Positions 13,530-27,111 of a stretch of DNA of 64,000 bases are shown here, in pieces. Origin of the DNA: Nemertoderma westbladi (taxonomy: Eukaryota > Animalia > Xenacoelomorpha); the NCBI GenBank assembly GCA_032718475.1, contig JAUCBJ010008798.1, forward strand, positions 114,041 to 178,040. The letters run 5' to 3'. Made by a program: the position numbers and the translations under genes. Under the pieces are notes generated by a model. That model searched no databases and was not told where the DNA came from. It was given only the letters and a program-made list of their open reading frames with translations. The first letter of the stretch is position 1. The number at the start of each line of letters is the position of its first letter.

Positions 13530-14164
13530 AATTTCACACTGTATGGGTGGGTAACTGATGGAACTTTCGGATTGTCTCGGGTGTTTCACCGATAACTTAA
13601 CTGTAATTTTGGTTGTAATCGTTAAATTGCGAGCAAAATTCCGTAATTAACATAAAATCTACTCAATACGACAAAACTATTTATATTGGCATATATTTGC
13701 TGCAGCCTAAATTTGAAAAAATGACTATAAATCATTCTTAACTCTACAACAATAGTGAGTGATAGTGCTGTAATTATTGTGTAAATTATTCAACCCCAAT
13801 ATTAACTTGTCGCTAATATATTTCGCAATTACCTGCCCGAGCATCAACAATACCGAAACTGATTCCAAACTTCTCCTCCCTTTAATGTCCGTGACATCCT
13901 CTGGTTCATTTGAACTATAATTATTTTAATTTCCAGTTTTGTTTAATATTTTTTCAGACATATTATTATTACGGGTAGGCCTATACTTTACTTAGTTATT
14001 GTTCTTTAATGATATTTTTATAATTATATCTTAATTTATTTATTTCTTGCTGTGTACTAAAGTATTAAATTTTTAGTTTTTCAAGTTTAATTTGCACTTA
14101 AAAACACAATGCAATGCAATGTAGTGATCTGAACTGAAAGTAAATTCTATATATTTTTCTTTAG

Positions 14165-14294
14165 ATTCGAGGCCCTCGGTGTCGAGTTCATTAAACGACC
14201 TCAAGATGGCAGTATGAAAGGAATCGCGTTTATAAAAGACCCCGACGGTTACTGGATAGAGATACTATCAGGGACAACTATGAGCGCCTTATAA
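14165..14294 (+). CDS. GLO1: Glyoxalase I, exon 2
   Basis: Acceptor TTTTTCTTTAG at 14164. Reads (R)[42 protein letters not shown]. Spliced product is 183 aa. Confidence 0.93.
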
Positions 14295-14645
14295 ACTGAC
14301 TGTTAGGAACTTATAAACTGACTGTTAGGAACTTATAAACTGACTCCATCCCTGTATGAGTATGAGTTTATCTAGCTAGATAATATTTCGGGAAATTATG
14401 TGCTATATTAGATACAATTTATAAATATTTGTGCTGTTGGCTATCATTATTGTAATAATTCGAATTTATGAACCTAGTATTTTTGTATTGGTTTTTTTTG
14501 TTTGTTTCCAAATAACAATAAATTATTAAGTTGTATAAGTTGGTATCAAGTTATAAAAAATACAAGTATAGTACGTTGTCGGAATGGAAATGTAATTAAT
14601 TACTGTAGGTACTGGTCTAAGTGAACCTGGTGTTCAGATTCACAC

Positions 14646-14732
14646 CCTTGGGAGTTAGTGTGGCACCCTCCCTGCCATATAGGTAACAGCCAAGGAGCCT
14701 ACGGGTTACCTCCAGTGTTTGGTGTTTCACAC
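14646..14732 (+). repeat. Diverged interspersed repeat (second copy ~17905-17998)
   Basis: Both copies share TGGGAGTT.GTGTGGC.CC..C.CTGCC..A.AGGTAACAGCCAAG...GGGTT.CCTC. Confidence 0.6.
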
Positions 14733-15063
14733 TTTAAAACTCGAAAGGTATGAAACTCAAGTGCGATACTGTAATGGTGGTGTATGATGTAGGTAGGTAG
14801 TTTATGTTTGTACTAAATGTACATTATGTGATTAACAATACCCAACAATATTTTATCATAACATAAACGATACCGAATTGAAATGAAACCATAACCTTTC
14901 TGGAAATCACCATACTTAACTACCAACGCTTAACTAGTATCCTCCAAAATGATCTATAATGACTCAGAATTGTCTTCCTATCCCGACATTTTGTATCAGC
15001 TGATAATTAAATAACAGTTCTTTTGGTATAGGCGTACACGAAACCAGAAGTAACGCTTGCCCC

Positions 15064-15651
15064 TCACGTTTTAAATAAACCTAGAATATATTGCGGTATA
15101 TCGTTACGATTATCTCTTGTAACCTCCACCACTGTAACACTGGCGGATTCGTGAATGTCCTTGGCGATCTGCAGAGGTTTAACCGAACCAGCTACGCCCG
15201 GTACAGTACCCAGAACCCTGACCTTATCCGAGTCTAGCAGACGTTTTATACAGGCGGTAAACTTCCGACTAAATGATTCCATTTTCCCGACCTCGTCCAC
15301 CACGCACACACCGGAAGTGACGTCATCCATCGCCGGTAGCGCGATTCTCTCGAAGTCGGCGACGTCCACGACGTATTTCCCGACCCGTGGACCGCCGGGC
15401 GACGGACCGGTAGTAGGAACCCTCGCCAACCACGCTGTTCGCGATTCCCCGGAGACATCTACCGCCCGGAACCCTACCCGGTTATTGCTACGCAACCCGT
15501 CACGTACCTCCTCCGTGTAGAATCCGCGAACCTGGATGGAGTTATCTCGAAGAAGTTTAATCGTGTTGCGAATCGCGGTAGTTTTTCCGATTCCCGGTGT
15601 ACCAGTTAGGAATATGTGTTTCCGGTCGGATGTATTCGGTGTGAAGGCCAT
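15064..15651 (-). CDS. NTPCR: Cancer-related nucleoside triphosphatase (THEP1/NTPase_1 family), intronless
   Basis: Walker A GTPGIGKTT, GFYTEEVR, RVGKYVVD and Walker B VVDEVGKME. First ATG at 15651; 195 aa. Convergent with GLO1. Confidence 0.93.
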   Translation of the reverse strand: MAFTPNTSDRKHIFLTGTPGIGKTTAIRNTIKLLRDNSIQVRGFYTEEVRDGLRSNNRVGFRAVDVSGESRTAWLARVPTTGPSPGGPRVGKYVVDVADFERIALPAMDDVTSGVCVVDEVGKMESFSRKFTACIKRLLDSDKVRVLGTVPGVAGSVKPLQIAKDIHESASVTVVEVTRDNRNDIPQYILGLFKT

Positions 15652-16767
15652 TACGTCCACGGTACGAGCTCAGACATTCAGTGACAGTTCCTACGGGAGT
15701 AGCGCTAGGGGCCACAGTCTGTCAGTCTATGCAAAACCACATAGCAACTGGAGAGGAGGAATATAATTAGAATTATACAATGATAATATTACTGAATGGT
15801 CAGTAATGGTTGACCGATGCGCCTGTAAATAGCCTCTCGTCAACAAGTCAACCCCACCGACTAGCGGTACTGGCTGTTTTTGCTGACGGGGCTCTGTCGA
15901 ACAACGCGTCCCCGACGAAAATGAACATAAAATCAACATACACCAACCCACTACCCTACCTTACTACTTACTTTTTTAAAACGCTTATAAAAAAAAAATA
16001 AAGGCAAAATCAAAAATTCCGGCTTCATGGGGATGGGGTCATCGACGGTGAGTGGAACTAGTTGTATTTCAAATTTCAAGCAATATGATAAAAATTTGTA
16101 GAAAAATCTGGGGGGGGGGGGGGGGGGGGGGCACCGTGTCATCAGAAAATGACACTATAATTACGGGACATGGTGTAGTTATACTACTGTATATTAATTG
16201 GTAATTGCATTTTATTTTATTTGTTTAATTCGAATGTAGCTGTGAAGTTTTTTTCAATTTTGCTCCCCAGTTTGTTAAAATTATATTTGTAAACCCGCGG
16301 GATCTAATTTATGGTGGCCCATCGGGCTCACTGCTTTTTTAACTGAAAATATTTTTTTTAGATTACAAACAAAACATGTAATTAAAAAAAAAACTAATAT
16401 TTAAATTTGAGTTTGAAATTACAATTTGAAAAACAAATATTTGCATTTCAAAGTCAATTTTAGAGAAATAAAAATTATGGCTCACCCAGCAAGGAGGAGG
16501 GAGGTGAAAATTGTAGAAATTGTAGAAATTGTAGAAATTTGTAGAAAAAATTGGGGTGGGGGGGGGGGGGGGGTGGGTGTGGTGGGTCCAGGTACTTGAA
16601 TAACGACAACACTATATTCCAGGACATGGTGTACAGTTAGTAGGCCTACTGTAAGATGAATGGCAATAATGTCAGATTTCTCAAATATTTATAAAAAGCT
16701 AAATCCTCTGCTTACAAAATACAGTAGGCCTAGTATACAGGTTTAAACGTTTATGTTAATCAATTTA

Positions 16768-17464
16768 GGATTAGCCCCCGGACAATACCCCCCGGACATT
16801 AGCCCCCGGACAGTAGCCCCTCGGACAGTAGCCCCCCTCCCAGACAGTAGCCCCGCGGAGAGTAGCCCCCCGAATGAGTTTTTTAACCTTTTTTTGTGTT
16901 TTTGAGTGTTATTTGATATTTGGTTAGTGTTCTAAAACCTCAGTATAGATATTTTTTATGGTAGCTTGTGTTTTTTTTACTAGCTAGTATTTTTTGAAAA
17001 TAAAAAAATTAATATAGTTTTGAGTGTTTTTTTTTTATATTGGAGAATGTTCTAGAACCTTAGTATATTTTTTTTATGGTAGCTAGTATATTTTGAAAAT
17101 TATTTTGGTCATTAATATATTATACTTCTATTATATTTTAAACCCGAAATATCCATGTTTTCACCTCCTTTTTATAATTTAAAAAAATACTAGCTATCAG
17201 AAAACACATACCCGTACTTATGTTCTAGTACTGTATATTCACCAATACAAAAAGAGCATTGAATGTGATATATTAAGCATGTGATAGGCATATTGTGGAA
17301 TTTCAGTGATATAAAATATTACTGAATAAATTAAAAATTTAGATGTTTTTTTCGTAATACTACTCATCTTTTCATTTTTTACTGTTCCGGGGGGGCTACT
17401 GTCCGGGGGGCTAATATTCGGGGGCTACTGTCCGGGGTGCTATTGTCCGGGGGGCAGTAGCACC
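16768..17464. mobile_element. MITE with subterminal tandem repeats
   Basis: CCCCGGACAGTAG-type repeats at the left end and inverted GGGGCTACTGTCCGGGG repeats at the right end, with an AT-rich interior. Confidence 0.75.
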
Positions 17465-19548
17465 CCGGAAAACGGGGTGGAAAATGGAAAACGTTTAATT
17501 ATCTGGTTGAGGGTGCGCGCGGCGTAAACTATACTTTTATACAGTACAGACAGTAACCAGTAAGTAACACTAACAATCGGAAACAACCCTGGAGTTAAGT
17601 TAACATTACTCCTATCAGCAGACCCATGCACCATTGTCTCTACGCTTTACCAGTGCTCTGGTTTTAATAACTTCCATTGCATTGTCATACTGTAGTTAGC
17701 CGCCGTCGTATTAATTATCTCATCCCTGGATGGCTGGCTGGATGAAATTATATTGGTTTTTGTTTGCTATTCGTTACATTAACCAAATGGCTTGGTATGC
17801 TGTATGTTGCATGCTGTGCTTCGTATAATCATTTCTACAGGTAACAAGTTAACTTACTTTACTTCTATAGCGTGCCGGTACAAATGGTTCTGCTGCAAAA
17901 TGTTAACACTGGGAGTTGTGTGGCGCCTTCACTGCCTTACAGGTAACAGCCAAGAGAGAGAAGACTTAGGGTTGCCTCACGGTTTAGTTTTTCACATACA
18001 GTACGCCGATATAACTTTACTTTACTTTACCATCTGGAAAAGGTAGTAAAAGGTCAACAAATCATATGTACAAATGAATAATTATGGTTTAATAAAAAAC
18101 TTTCTGTGAAATGTTTGCCTCCACTGTCCTTTTATGTAACTTACTTAACTGCATTACCACCTAAACTCCCCACAACATACTGTAGACCTCTATCGAATTG
18201 TTTATTACTACGTTCAAATTACATTATGACGACTCAACGAATCACTGTGGTGTGACTATATGATCGATCACCTTTCGTTTTGTGTTCCGATTACTGCAAT
18301 GGTTGGTTATGCCTACGTGGGTTCATACATTGTTAGGCAGTAAGTATATTTATTATTAGCGTTCTTGCATCACCTCTTTTAGTAGCACACTGGACAGGTA
18401 TCTCTTACGGCTGGCTGGCAATTGCAGCAGGAGGTGGGGACCAATCAGCAATATTCTGAAACTATCTACAGCTTCTATACTACTGGTGCAACTGCACTGC
18501 CCTGCCCTCTTAGCAGCCAATCAGCATGCCGTTTCTTTAAGGCCCATATATTACCCGCCCACACATTACATGCCATTATTACTGATTAAACCTAAGCTCC
18601 TCTTCCTCTACTACAGTAGGTACACTTACCTGCAACCATACTCTACTATACAGTGTATATAAACTGCATGTTCGTATGTTGCCTGGTATTATGAGAACGT
18701 TATTGGTAAAATGTAGGTTGCTTGTCATGTATTTCACCCCCATTTGTAGAGGTTATCCCACGTTATCACTCCATATTCATCACCATTATTGCAATCCGGT
18801 TGTTAATTATTGTGGATTAGATAGAATGTTCTATAGAACGCCCTGGACCTATATATAGCAATTTAGTGATATGAAAATACGTGATGACGTTGCGGTCAGC
18901 TGGGATGTAAGGTGGCAAGATATTCAACGTCATCTGATTGGCCAAGACAAGTAATGGCCTATTGTTAGATAGTATGAATTGGCAGATTCCCTACTAATAC
19001 ACATAACATGATTGGCTAATCTTTTTGCATAAACTGTATTGCCCCTATATGTTCTAGGCATGTTGCTGTACGGTACCTATTGCAGTATTGGGTATTGCTG
19101 TATTGTTGTTCTCTAGTTGACTGGTTGGTGGTGCTTGTTTTTGTTGACCGGGTACCTGTACACGTAGCGCAGTAGCGGAAAGTTCAGTAGTTTATGTATT
19201 ACTTTATTACAGCATTATGTTGGTTTATTTGTTGTCAGACTAATAAGGTTTAAGTGCATGGCTAAGGCAGTAAGGTTTGTCTTTGTCTTACCTTGCCGTG
19301 TAAGTCAGTAAATCTAGTCACAATACAGACTGCAGCCTGACAGCAATACTGAAATTGGCTACAGACAGGCATACACGATACACGTACCATGCAGTTTAGA
19401 TTTCTATTCTGCAATTGATGAATGCTAAAGGGTGAATGTTGAATGCCGTGTACTGGTGTGGCGGTCAGGCAGTATATGCCTACGCTTCGGTACGTACGTG
19501 TCCATTCAGCGGTCAGCCATTCCAGTTATCCCTCCCCCTGTATCCACA

Positions 19549-20785
19549 GGAGCAAGTGAAAACGTATCCGAATACTGAAAGACTGGGTACGTTTTAACAA
19601 TGATGCATTGGGTACAAAATAAATAGCAAAGATATACTGTAACCTGTGCTTTTGACTTTTGGGCGTTAGATTAATTCGTCACTGTAACCTACTCCTTTCC
19701 TTTTAAATCTCCGGAACTAACGATATTGATTGGTTTTAGGAAGTTTTGTTTGGATGACATCCAGGTTGGAAATCATGCTGCAAAACTCGGACGCGTACCG
19801 GTTCCTGCGCGAATGCAGAATGACCTCGAACCAGATGCGCGTTCCCGTTCGGGAGAGACAGACTGACAGATGCGCGTTGCGCTCAGCGCGCAGCTCTGAT
19901 GCGCCGCACACCACACACTGACACAAATTTATTGAAATCACGAAAATACACAAAAAAAATCGCTCGCTTCGTTCGCGTTGATTTTTCATTTCACATTCTT
20001 CATCTGTCAAATGTCGCTTTCTATCATTTCACGAATACGGAGCTGAAAATGTATCAATTTATTTTAACTACCGGTACTATTGTTATTTATTAATGTTTAC
20101 GTTAGTAAACAGGTAAAGTCAGAAAGTAACAAAGTAGGCCTATTAAGTAGGGCTTAGCCTAATTTTCAGATTATATAAGCCAACTGTATGTTAAGATAAG
20201 ACTATTTATTATACACAGCATTACTGGTACCTACTACCTAATGATAATGAAGTATTGTATATTTATTCAAATTTCATACAGTATAGAATAATGTATTTTC
20301 AAATGTAAATGTACCGGTAGGCCTAGTGCAGTAGTGGATTACAAAAATATTTTTTAATATTCTGATATTACCGGTGACAATTTTTTGATTGATTGATTTT
20401 GATGTTGCATTTAACTGTTTAATTTATTATGTAGATTCAACATACTAAGATAAGCTTTGAATGAAACGCTCAAACTTGTAAGAAAGGAATGTAAAATTGT
20501 TCTTATGAGCTGTACGATATTTTGGATTTTTTCAGATATGCATGAAATGATCTACGTGACTTTGTATGGATTATGATGAGGTGCGCGACGAGCCAATTTC
20601 AGATGCGCGGTGATCTCAAAACAACAAAGCGTACCTGCGCGCTCATGCATGCATTCCAACTTGGGATGACATGACATGACTATAATGTCTTGTATGTTGT
20701 AGGTCCCTTAGTTAAAACGTACCCGAAATATGGGTACGTTATTGATCGGGTACGTTTTAACCAGGTTACTTTTTCACTTGTTCCC
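19549..20785. mobile_element. Non-autonomous TIR element ~240 bp upstream of PERK; carries a degenerate core motif
   Basis: Termini GGAGCAAGTGAAAA / TTTTCACTTGTTCC. GGGTACGTTTTAAC recurs near both ends. No clear TSD. Confidence 0.6.
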
Positions 20786-21028
20786 TGACATTCCCGCAGT
20801 TTAAGATCCTACAATGCGTCTCTGGTCATTCCCCTTTTCACTTTTACTGTTTACAGCTTTAAGAACATTATATTACTGTATTACAGTATTATATCATATA
20901 TAGGTCAGTAGGTGATTAGATATATTGTTTCTCCCTATTCTGTTATCTATTCCTGTATTTGCCACCTTTATGCGGTACCAACTACCAACAGACCAATGCG
21001 ACTGTAGTGGTGCTGTTATTCGTCCTGG

Positions 21029-22383
21029 ATGTGGGCGGCAGTATTTCTCTCCGCTATATTTATTGTCCTTCCTGGTGGCGGCTGTAATGAACACATTAAA
21101 CCCGAGACTCCCAACGTGGCTACCAAGTTGAAACCGCTTCATTTCGTGTTGGTCGGCACCCTAGATGGCCACATCCACGCGCTGGACGCGGCGACAGGAC
21201 GCGAGGCCTGGCAGTTTATGGGACAGAGCGACGGGGCCGCGCTGCTCAGCTCGAGCATAACGCAACTCAAACTATTCGGGGACGACAGCGCCGATCGTCT
21301 GGTACCCGCGTTGGACGGGGGACTGTACAAATGGGACGGCGAGTCGCTCCAACCGCTCCCGATAAACGCGGAGAGTCTGCTGTCCACGAGCTATCGGTTG
21401 TCCGACCGGAGCGTTTTAGTCGGGGGGACCGACGCGAAGACGTACGGGGTTAACGCTCGCACTGGGAACCTCATGTACATATGCGGCACCTCGGGGTGTC
21501 AGCGGTCGCATCTGCTGACAGAGGATCAGGATCTCGTGGTGATCCGCAGGAAGCAGCAGACGGTCCGCGCTGTAGAGGATCATTCGGGGTACGAACGTTG
21601 GAACTTTAGCGTCGGGGAATACGAGATAACCTTCAAGTCCGCTGTTACATACGAGAAGACGGTTGAAGACAACGAGGATGAGTTTATCGTCGAGGAGGAT
21701 ATTCCCTACGTTGTTCCACATAACTACGTCGGGGTCAATGACCTGTACCTTAAGGTGTTGGTGTCCGACGGGACGGTGTTCTCCGTGACGGAATCGGAGC
21801 CGCGGCGGGAGGCTTGGCGGTTCGTCGCAGGGAACCCCGTCTCCTCGGTCTGGGTACTCCGGGCCGGGACCCTCCGCCGGGTGGATCTATTCGCGAGGTC
21901 TACGGTCCCCAGTCTGGACCCCCCCGAGCGGTCGTCGTCCGACGGCACGCCGACTAGCGACTCCCCGTTGGTCTACCTCGGGATGCACGCCGGCCAGATG
22001 TACGTGCAGCACTCCGGGAGCCCGGCGCTGCTCCCCTACCTCGGGGCCGCCGCCTACCCCAAGGGATCCGCCGTGACCTGGCGACCCTACCTCGTGTCCG
22101 CGTCCTCGCGGCCCGCCCTTGAGGGCCCGGGTTCGACGCCAGCCCGCGACGAGGACGGGAGCAAGGCGCTGGTCTCGTGGAGTCAGTACAACGACTTGGA
22201 CATCGGTTACTATCTGACGGCGTCGGAACGGATTTTCGAGGAACGGGGCGAGATTGGGGGGAACGCCGCGGAACTGGGTGAGGCTGAGGAACGCGTTCCT
22301 ACCGAGGGCCAAGGAACCGAGGGAGAGGGTCCCGGTTGGTCGGCGTGGGACCTTGTTAATGGGGTTGGAGGATTCCTCAGCAA
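21029..22383 (+). CDS. EIF2AK3: eIF2-alpha kinase 3 (PERK), exon 1: signal peptide and luminal domain
   Basis: Hydrophobic N-terminus. PERK/IRE1-type luminal motifs VGTLDGHIHALD, LVPALDGGLYKW and ERWNFSVG. Donor AA|GTAAGT at 22383/22384 (phase 2). Confidence 0.9.
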
Positions 22384-23810
22384 GTAAGTATAGTTGCTCG
22401 ATATAGAGTTAGTTTGCTAGTGAAAGTATCACCATGACTATTTAACGTTTATTTAATTTTAATAAAAGTATGCACGCCGCTGTGTGGATGTTGGCCGAAT
22501 ATTTGGAATACAGTGACCCCCCCCCCCCACGTTCATTGCCAGGATCCATATACTGTATGCTGATATATGTGCGCTAAGTATCTGTGAAATAACATACCAT
22601 AAATAAATTATATATCCTTAGTAATAACAAATTTTCAGGGCTTTTCATTGATTGAAAAGTAGCCATAGCCAAGCCGTTCCACCCATACGAGCCTCTTCAG
22701 GACTATTCAATCAAATATAATAAATTGTATTTTATATGTTGCAGTTTCTAAAGGTATCCAGCGTTTTCCGTTAGGTTTACAATTAGCGTTGGGGAACACC
22801 TTGGTTTAGATTGAGGACTTATAGTTGTTTGTTTGTACATTGTTGGCCCTTGTGGTTATTTACTGTTTTGAGCTTATTGTTCTGATTTTTAGTAGTGATG
22901 TTGGTGGGACTTGAATAATGAATACCCTCTGCCAATCTGTCAGTTCTAGAACACCAATAGCTACTATGTGTGGCTGTGATAACCACAGCACAGATAGATA
23001 CTTAATGTAACTGGCCTAAATTACCTCCATTCTGGAATATAATTAATCATAAACCAACCCGTTGAAATTTAAAGCAAAACACTATAATTCTAAATGTACC
23101 CCACCGATAGGACACCTTTTCTCTGGTGGTAGGAAATTCGCTGTTGATTCTTAATTTAATTTATTTTCCCACGATATTCCCCATCTCTATTTTATTGTTT
23201 TAGTGTTTTGGTTTGGTTCCCTCACCTGAACTTAGTGGCCTTGTATAACCTGTTCCTAACCTTCAACAGTTGCTAATTCTCAATGCAATTAGTATATTAT
23301 TATTCAAGTGATTAATTTGGCATATCGCTATCTATTTTATTCATTAATTAAGCTAATTATTAATGCGATAATTGATAAACGATGCAGAAAATACCAACTA
23401 AAACGGCCTAAAATTAGTACCTTACTAAGCAGATAGGCCTATGGGACAAAGGATAATTTCTAGTAATAAGATTTATTGAAATTTATTATTTCATTGAAAT
23501 ATTTTCGGTGAAATTATTAACTTATTTTCGGTGAAATAAAAATTGTGGGTTCCAATTTTGCTAGAATAGAAACATACCTCGACCGATCTAACTAGACTTT
23601 TCTATATGTTGGCGGGGTTTTCCGGAATGGATTTTTTAATTCTATCCAGGTGGTGCAGCTTATATTGCTCAATTACGTCTGTCGTTATCACACTGTGGTT
23701 ATCGAAGAGAATAGCTGCAGTCATTAAAGCCAATATTGTTTAGCCATATAAATACGATAACTTATTTAATTTTCATCGTTTTTTAATATAAATTTATTAT
23801 TTAATTTTAG

Positions 23811-25410
23811 ATGGTACAAAGAAGCTTTAGTTACATTCAGTGTCAGCGCCTGTTCGCTCTACTATATATGGCACCGTTGGAGCTGCAGTGGCGCAATTAC
23901 CATGGCGACGGTCAGCAGTAGCACCGCGACTCTCTGCTACGAGACTCCGGACGCCGCTGTAATCATGCCGACGACGGCGTCGGTCGGCAGCCTCGCTGCC
24001 GAGCACCAACTCCCGGAGTTCGTGTCCCGATTCGAGACGGACTTCCAGGACATCGTCTACATCGGGAGGGGCGGCTTCGGTGTCGTCTTCGAGGCCACCA
24101 ACGCGGTGGACAGCTGCGCCTACGCGGTCAAACGGATCGCCTTACCGGACCGGGAGGCCCCCAAAGATCGCGTGCTCCGCGAGGTGAAGACCCTCGCGAT
24201 CCTGGACCACCCGGGGATCGTGCGGTACTTCAACTCGTGGCTGGAGGCGCCTCCTCCCGGGTGGATCGAGCATCGGGACTCGTCTAGCTTCCGAGTCGCT
24301 ATGGACTCGGGGACGGTGACTCAACCGTCGTCCCAGCCGCCACCGCGACTCATAAAGAAGGTCGTCTCGCTCAGCGATATAATAAACTTCGCGCCGCCGC
24401 CGATTGCCACAAACACAGCGGATTCGCTGATGAACTCTAGTTGTTTCTCTGAGGAATCCTGCGGAACAGACACCGCCGGCTACTCGAGTTCCAACGACTC
24501 CTGTTTGAGGAACGTTTCCGTGCGGAACGAGGGGAAACCCGCGCGGAACGATTCGGTCGACATCGTGTTCGGCGACGGGGGCGCCCCCTCGCAGGAGGCT
24601 GCGGAATCCTCGCGTCTCACCGGTGGGGTCTCCTGCACGACCCAGTCGGTGAGCACAAGCACCTGCCGCAGTTACCTGTACATACAGATGCAGTTGTGTC
24701 GGAAGGAGACCCTCCGGGACTGGTTGGCCGCGGAACGGGACACCACCGACTACATCGAGAGACTCAGGTACTTCGAGCAGATCGTCGAGGCCGTCCAGTA
24801 CGTCCACGACAACGGACTCATCCACCGCGATCTCAAACCTTCCAACATATTCTTCTCGCAGGACGGGACCATAAAGATCGGCGACTTCGGATTGGTTACC
24901 ACCATGGAGGATCAGCACCCCGAGGAGGCGCGCTCCTCCGGGGGCGGGGAGGAGCGGCACACTGACCAGGTCGGGACCTGGTTGTACATGAGTCCGGAGC
25001 AGTCGTCTGGCACCGAGGAATACGGACAGAAGGTGGATATATTCTCGTTGGGGTTGATCCTCTTCGAGTTGTGCCATCCGTTCAGCACCCAGATGGAACG
25101 CGTTCACGTACTGAGCGAGGTGCGTTCCTCCAGACTGCCGCGTTCCTTCCATCGGGACCTGCCGGCGGTGGCCACTTTGGTGCTCGCCATGGTGGACCCG
25201 GAGCCCGAGGCTCGCCCCGGTTGCCAGGCGATCCTGGGTATGTCGCCGGTCTACGAGTTGGGCGAGTCGCGAAGGAGACGCAGCCAATCGGGTCGCAGGA
25301 ACACCAGCAACTCGAGTAGCGGCGACGTCGAGTCGGACAGACAGACTGCCGACGTGCTACAGCAGTACGTCGGTCTGGGTGCTGGCGAACTAGTTACTGC
25401 GCCAATGTAG
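23811..25410 (+). CDS. EIF2AK3: PERK, exon 2: TM segment and kinase with large insert
   Basis: Acceptor TTAATTTTAG at 23810 gives KWYKEALVTFSVSACSLYYIWHR (like PERK WWKEI plus TM), in frame with SRFETDF, GRGGFG, YAVKRI, LYIQMQLC, HRDLKPSN, DFG and HTDQVGT.LYMSPEQ. Spliced product ~984 aa. Confidence 0.92.
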
Positions 25411-25670
25411 TTTAGCTAACGGTAGTCGCGTGGCTGTAGTTACAGGATATTCTTTCAGAGTCGCATATAGTTCGAGATGTTGTCATTGCGATGTTCATCG
25501 TCCCCTATTTTTTGTAATATAATAATGTAATGCAATGTTATTCTATAAGATGGTAAATATGTTAACAAACTGGTTGTTTGATGAGAAACCAATAATACAA
25601 GTTGTATAAAACAATAGGTATATCAATTAATTAACAGTCAATTAAAATATGTATCTCGGTAATCATTTAA

Positions 25671-25926
25671 GGCCCGTTTCCGCGCTGCTTTTTTTTAGTT
25701 GAAACAATTTCTAGAAATTATTTGCTTCAAGATGAATCTGAGAATTTTCGAATGCTAAAACCTAAAATATAGAATAAAGCTCAAAAAAATAATTAATATA
25801 AAATAATTATCTAATTCTAGAATATTCATATTATATCTTAATTTTAAATGAACGTTAGAAAAGGCATAACAAGCTTGAAAAAAAGCTCAGAATATCTCAC
25901 ATAAAAAGGCAGCGCGGAAACGGTCC
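25671..25926. mobile_element. PIF/Harbinger (Tourist)-like MITE
   Basis: TIR GGCCCGTTTCCGCGCTGC / GCAGCGCGGAAACGGTCC, with TAA and TTA flanks. Confidence 0.75.
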
Positions 25927-27111
25927 TTATCACCGGTTACATTTTTATCTGTAAATTAGAATGGCACAATAATTTTAACTTTTAAATGGGCAATTTCAGA
26001 ATATATATTATTATATATTATAATATATATTATTGTAGTTTAAATTAGTGATATTTGTTTCTAGAATTAGTGATTCTTAGATATATATTTTTCGAATCGA
26101 TATTTATTGCGGTTAGAAATAATTTTTTTTTTTCAGAAATATAATTTTGTTGCACAATGAACCTAAATTTAATCAATACATTTTGTATTTTATGGCCTAG
26201 AAGTGTTTATTTAAATACGAATTGAGTGGCACTCACTCACAATAACTCGAAAATTACAAGCCAATATTTGAATCGAAAATTACAAGCCAATATTGGAATT
26301 TGTGGCTTATTTGAATGGCTCATTTTTGTTGAACGTCACAAACACAAACATGGTTGTAACAGGTTTATTAAATGTTTTCTTAATATTATTGTATTGCCAA
26401 ATTAATGTTTTAAATTCAATATAGATTGTTGATCATCAGCTTCTAATAATAGCCAATCATAATGAAATACTTTTTGCCATTTTCGAATTCAAAAAGCGAT
26501 TTGCATCAAAAACATGACAGTGAATATGTATTATGTGGCGAAGGCCATCGTACTATCACGTCCGCAGTAACGCTTAAGGTTTGTGCTTATGTCGCAACTT
26601 AACATATACTTACAATTTAATTTAATTATTGATTTAATGTTATTTTTCAATCAAAGTACACGTACCGGTATGTATTGATGTTCTTTTGTCATATTAAGCG
26701 TAACACATTCATTTTCATAAACCCGAGACTTTAATAATAAAATATTATTTTCCTACAAGTTTAAATAAGAGTTATAGTATGTGCTGAACTAGAGCTAAGC
26801 ACCATTTTAGTGAGCAAACGTTGTAGAAAAATTCTCAAAATATTTATCAAAACTTCCAAAATAGAAAATGATTAAGAACATCAGTTATTATGCCTAAAAA
26901 TTATATTTTAATTACTATTTATTCCAGAATTTTCCAATACCGTTGGGAAATTACATAATTTGCTAACTAAAATGGCGCTCTAAGTTAGTTAGCGTTGTTG
27001 TGTCCACCTAACTACGTTTGTTTTTCTATTTGGTTTACGTTTGTGCTCGGGGGTGTAATTGAATTACTCTTCCTAACTACTATTAATCGTTCATTACCGA
27101 TTTTGTATGTA

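Noticed and set aside
20970-21131. Upstream ATGs before PERK as regulatory uORFs
   Set aside because: TSS is unknown and such ATGs are expected by chance.
24142-25287. 381-aa antisense ORF within the PERK kinase exon
   Set aside because: Shadow ORF expected from GC-rich codon usage; no recognisable motifs.
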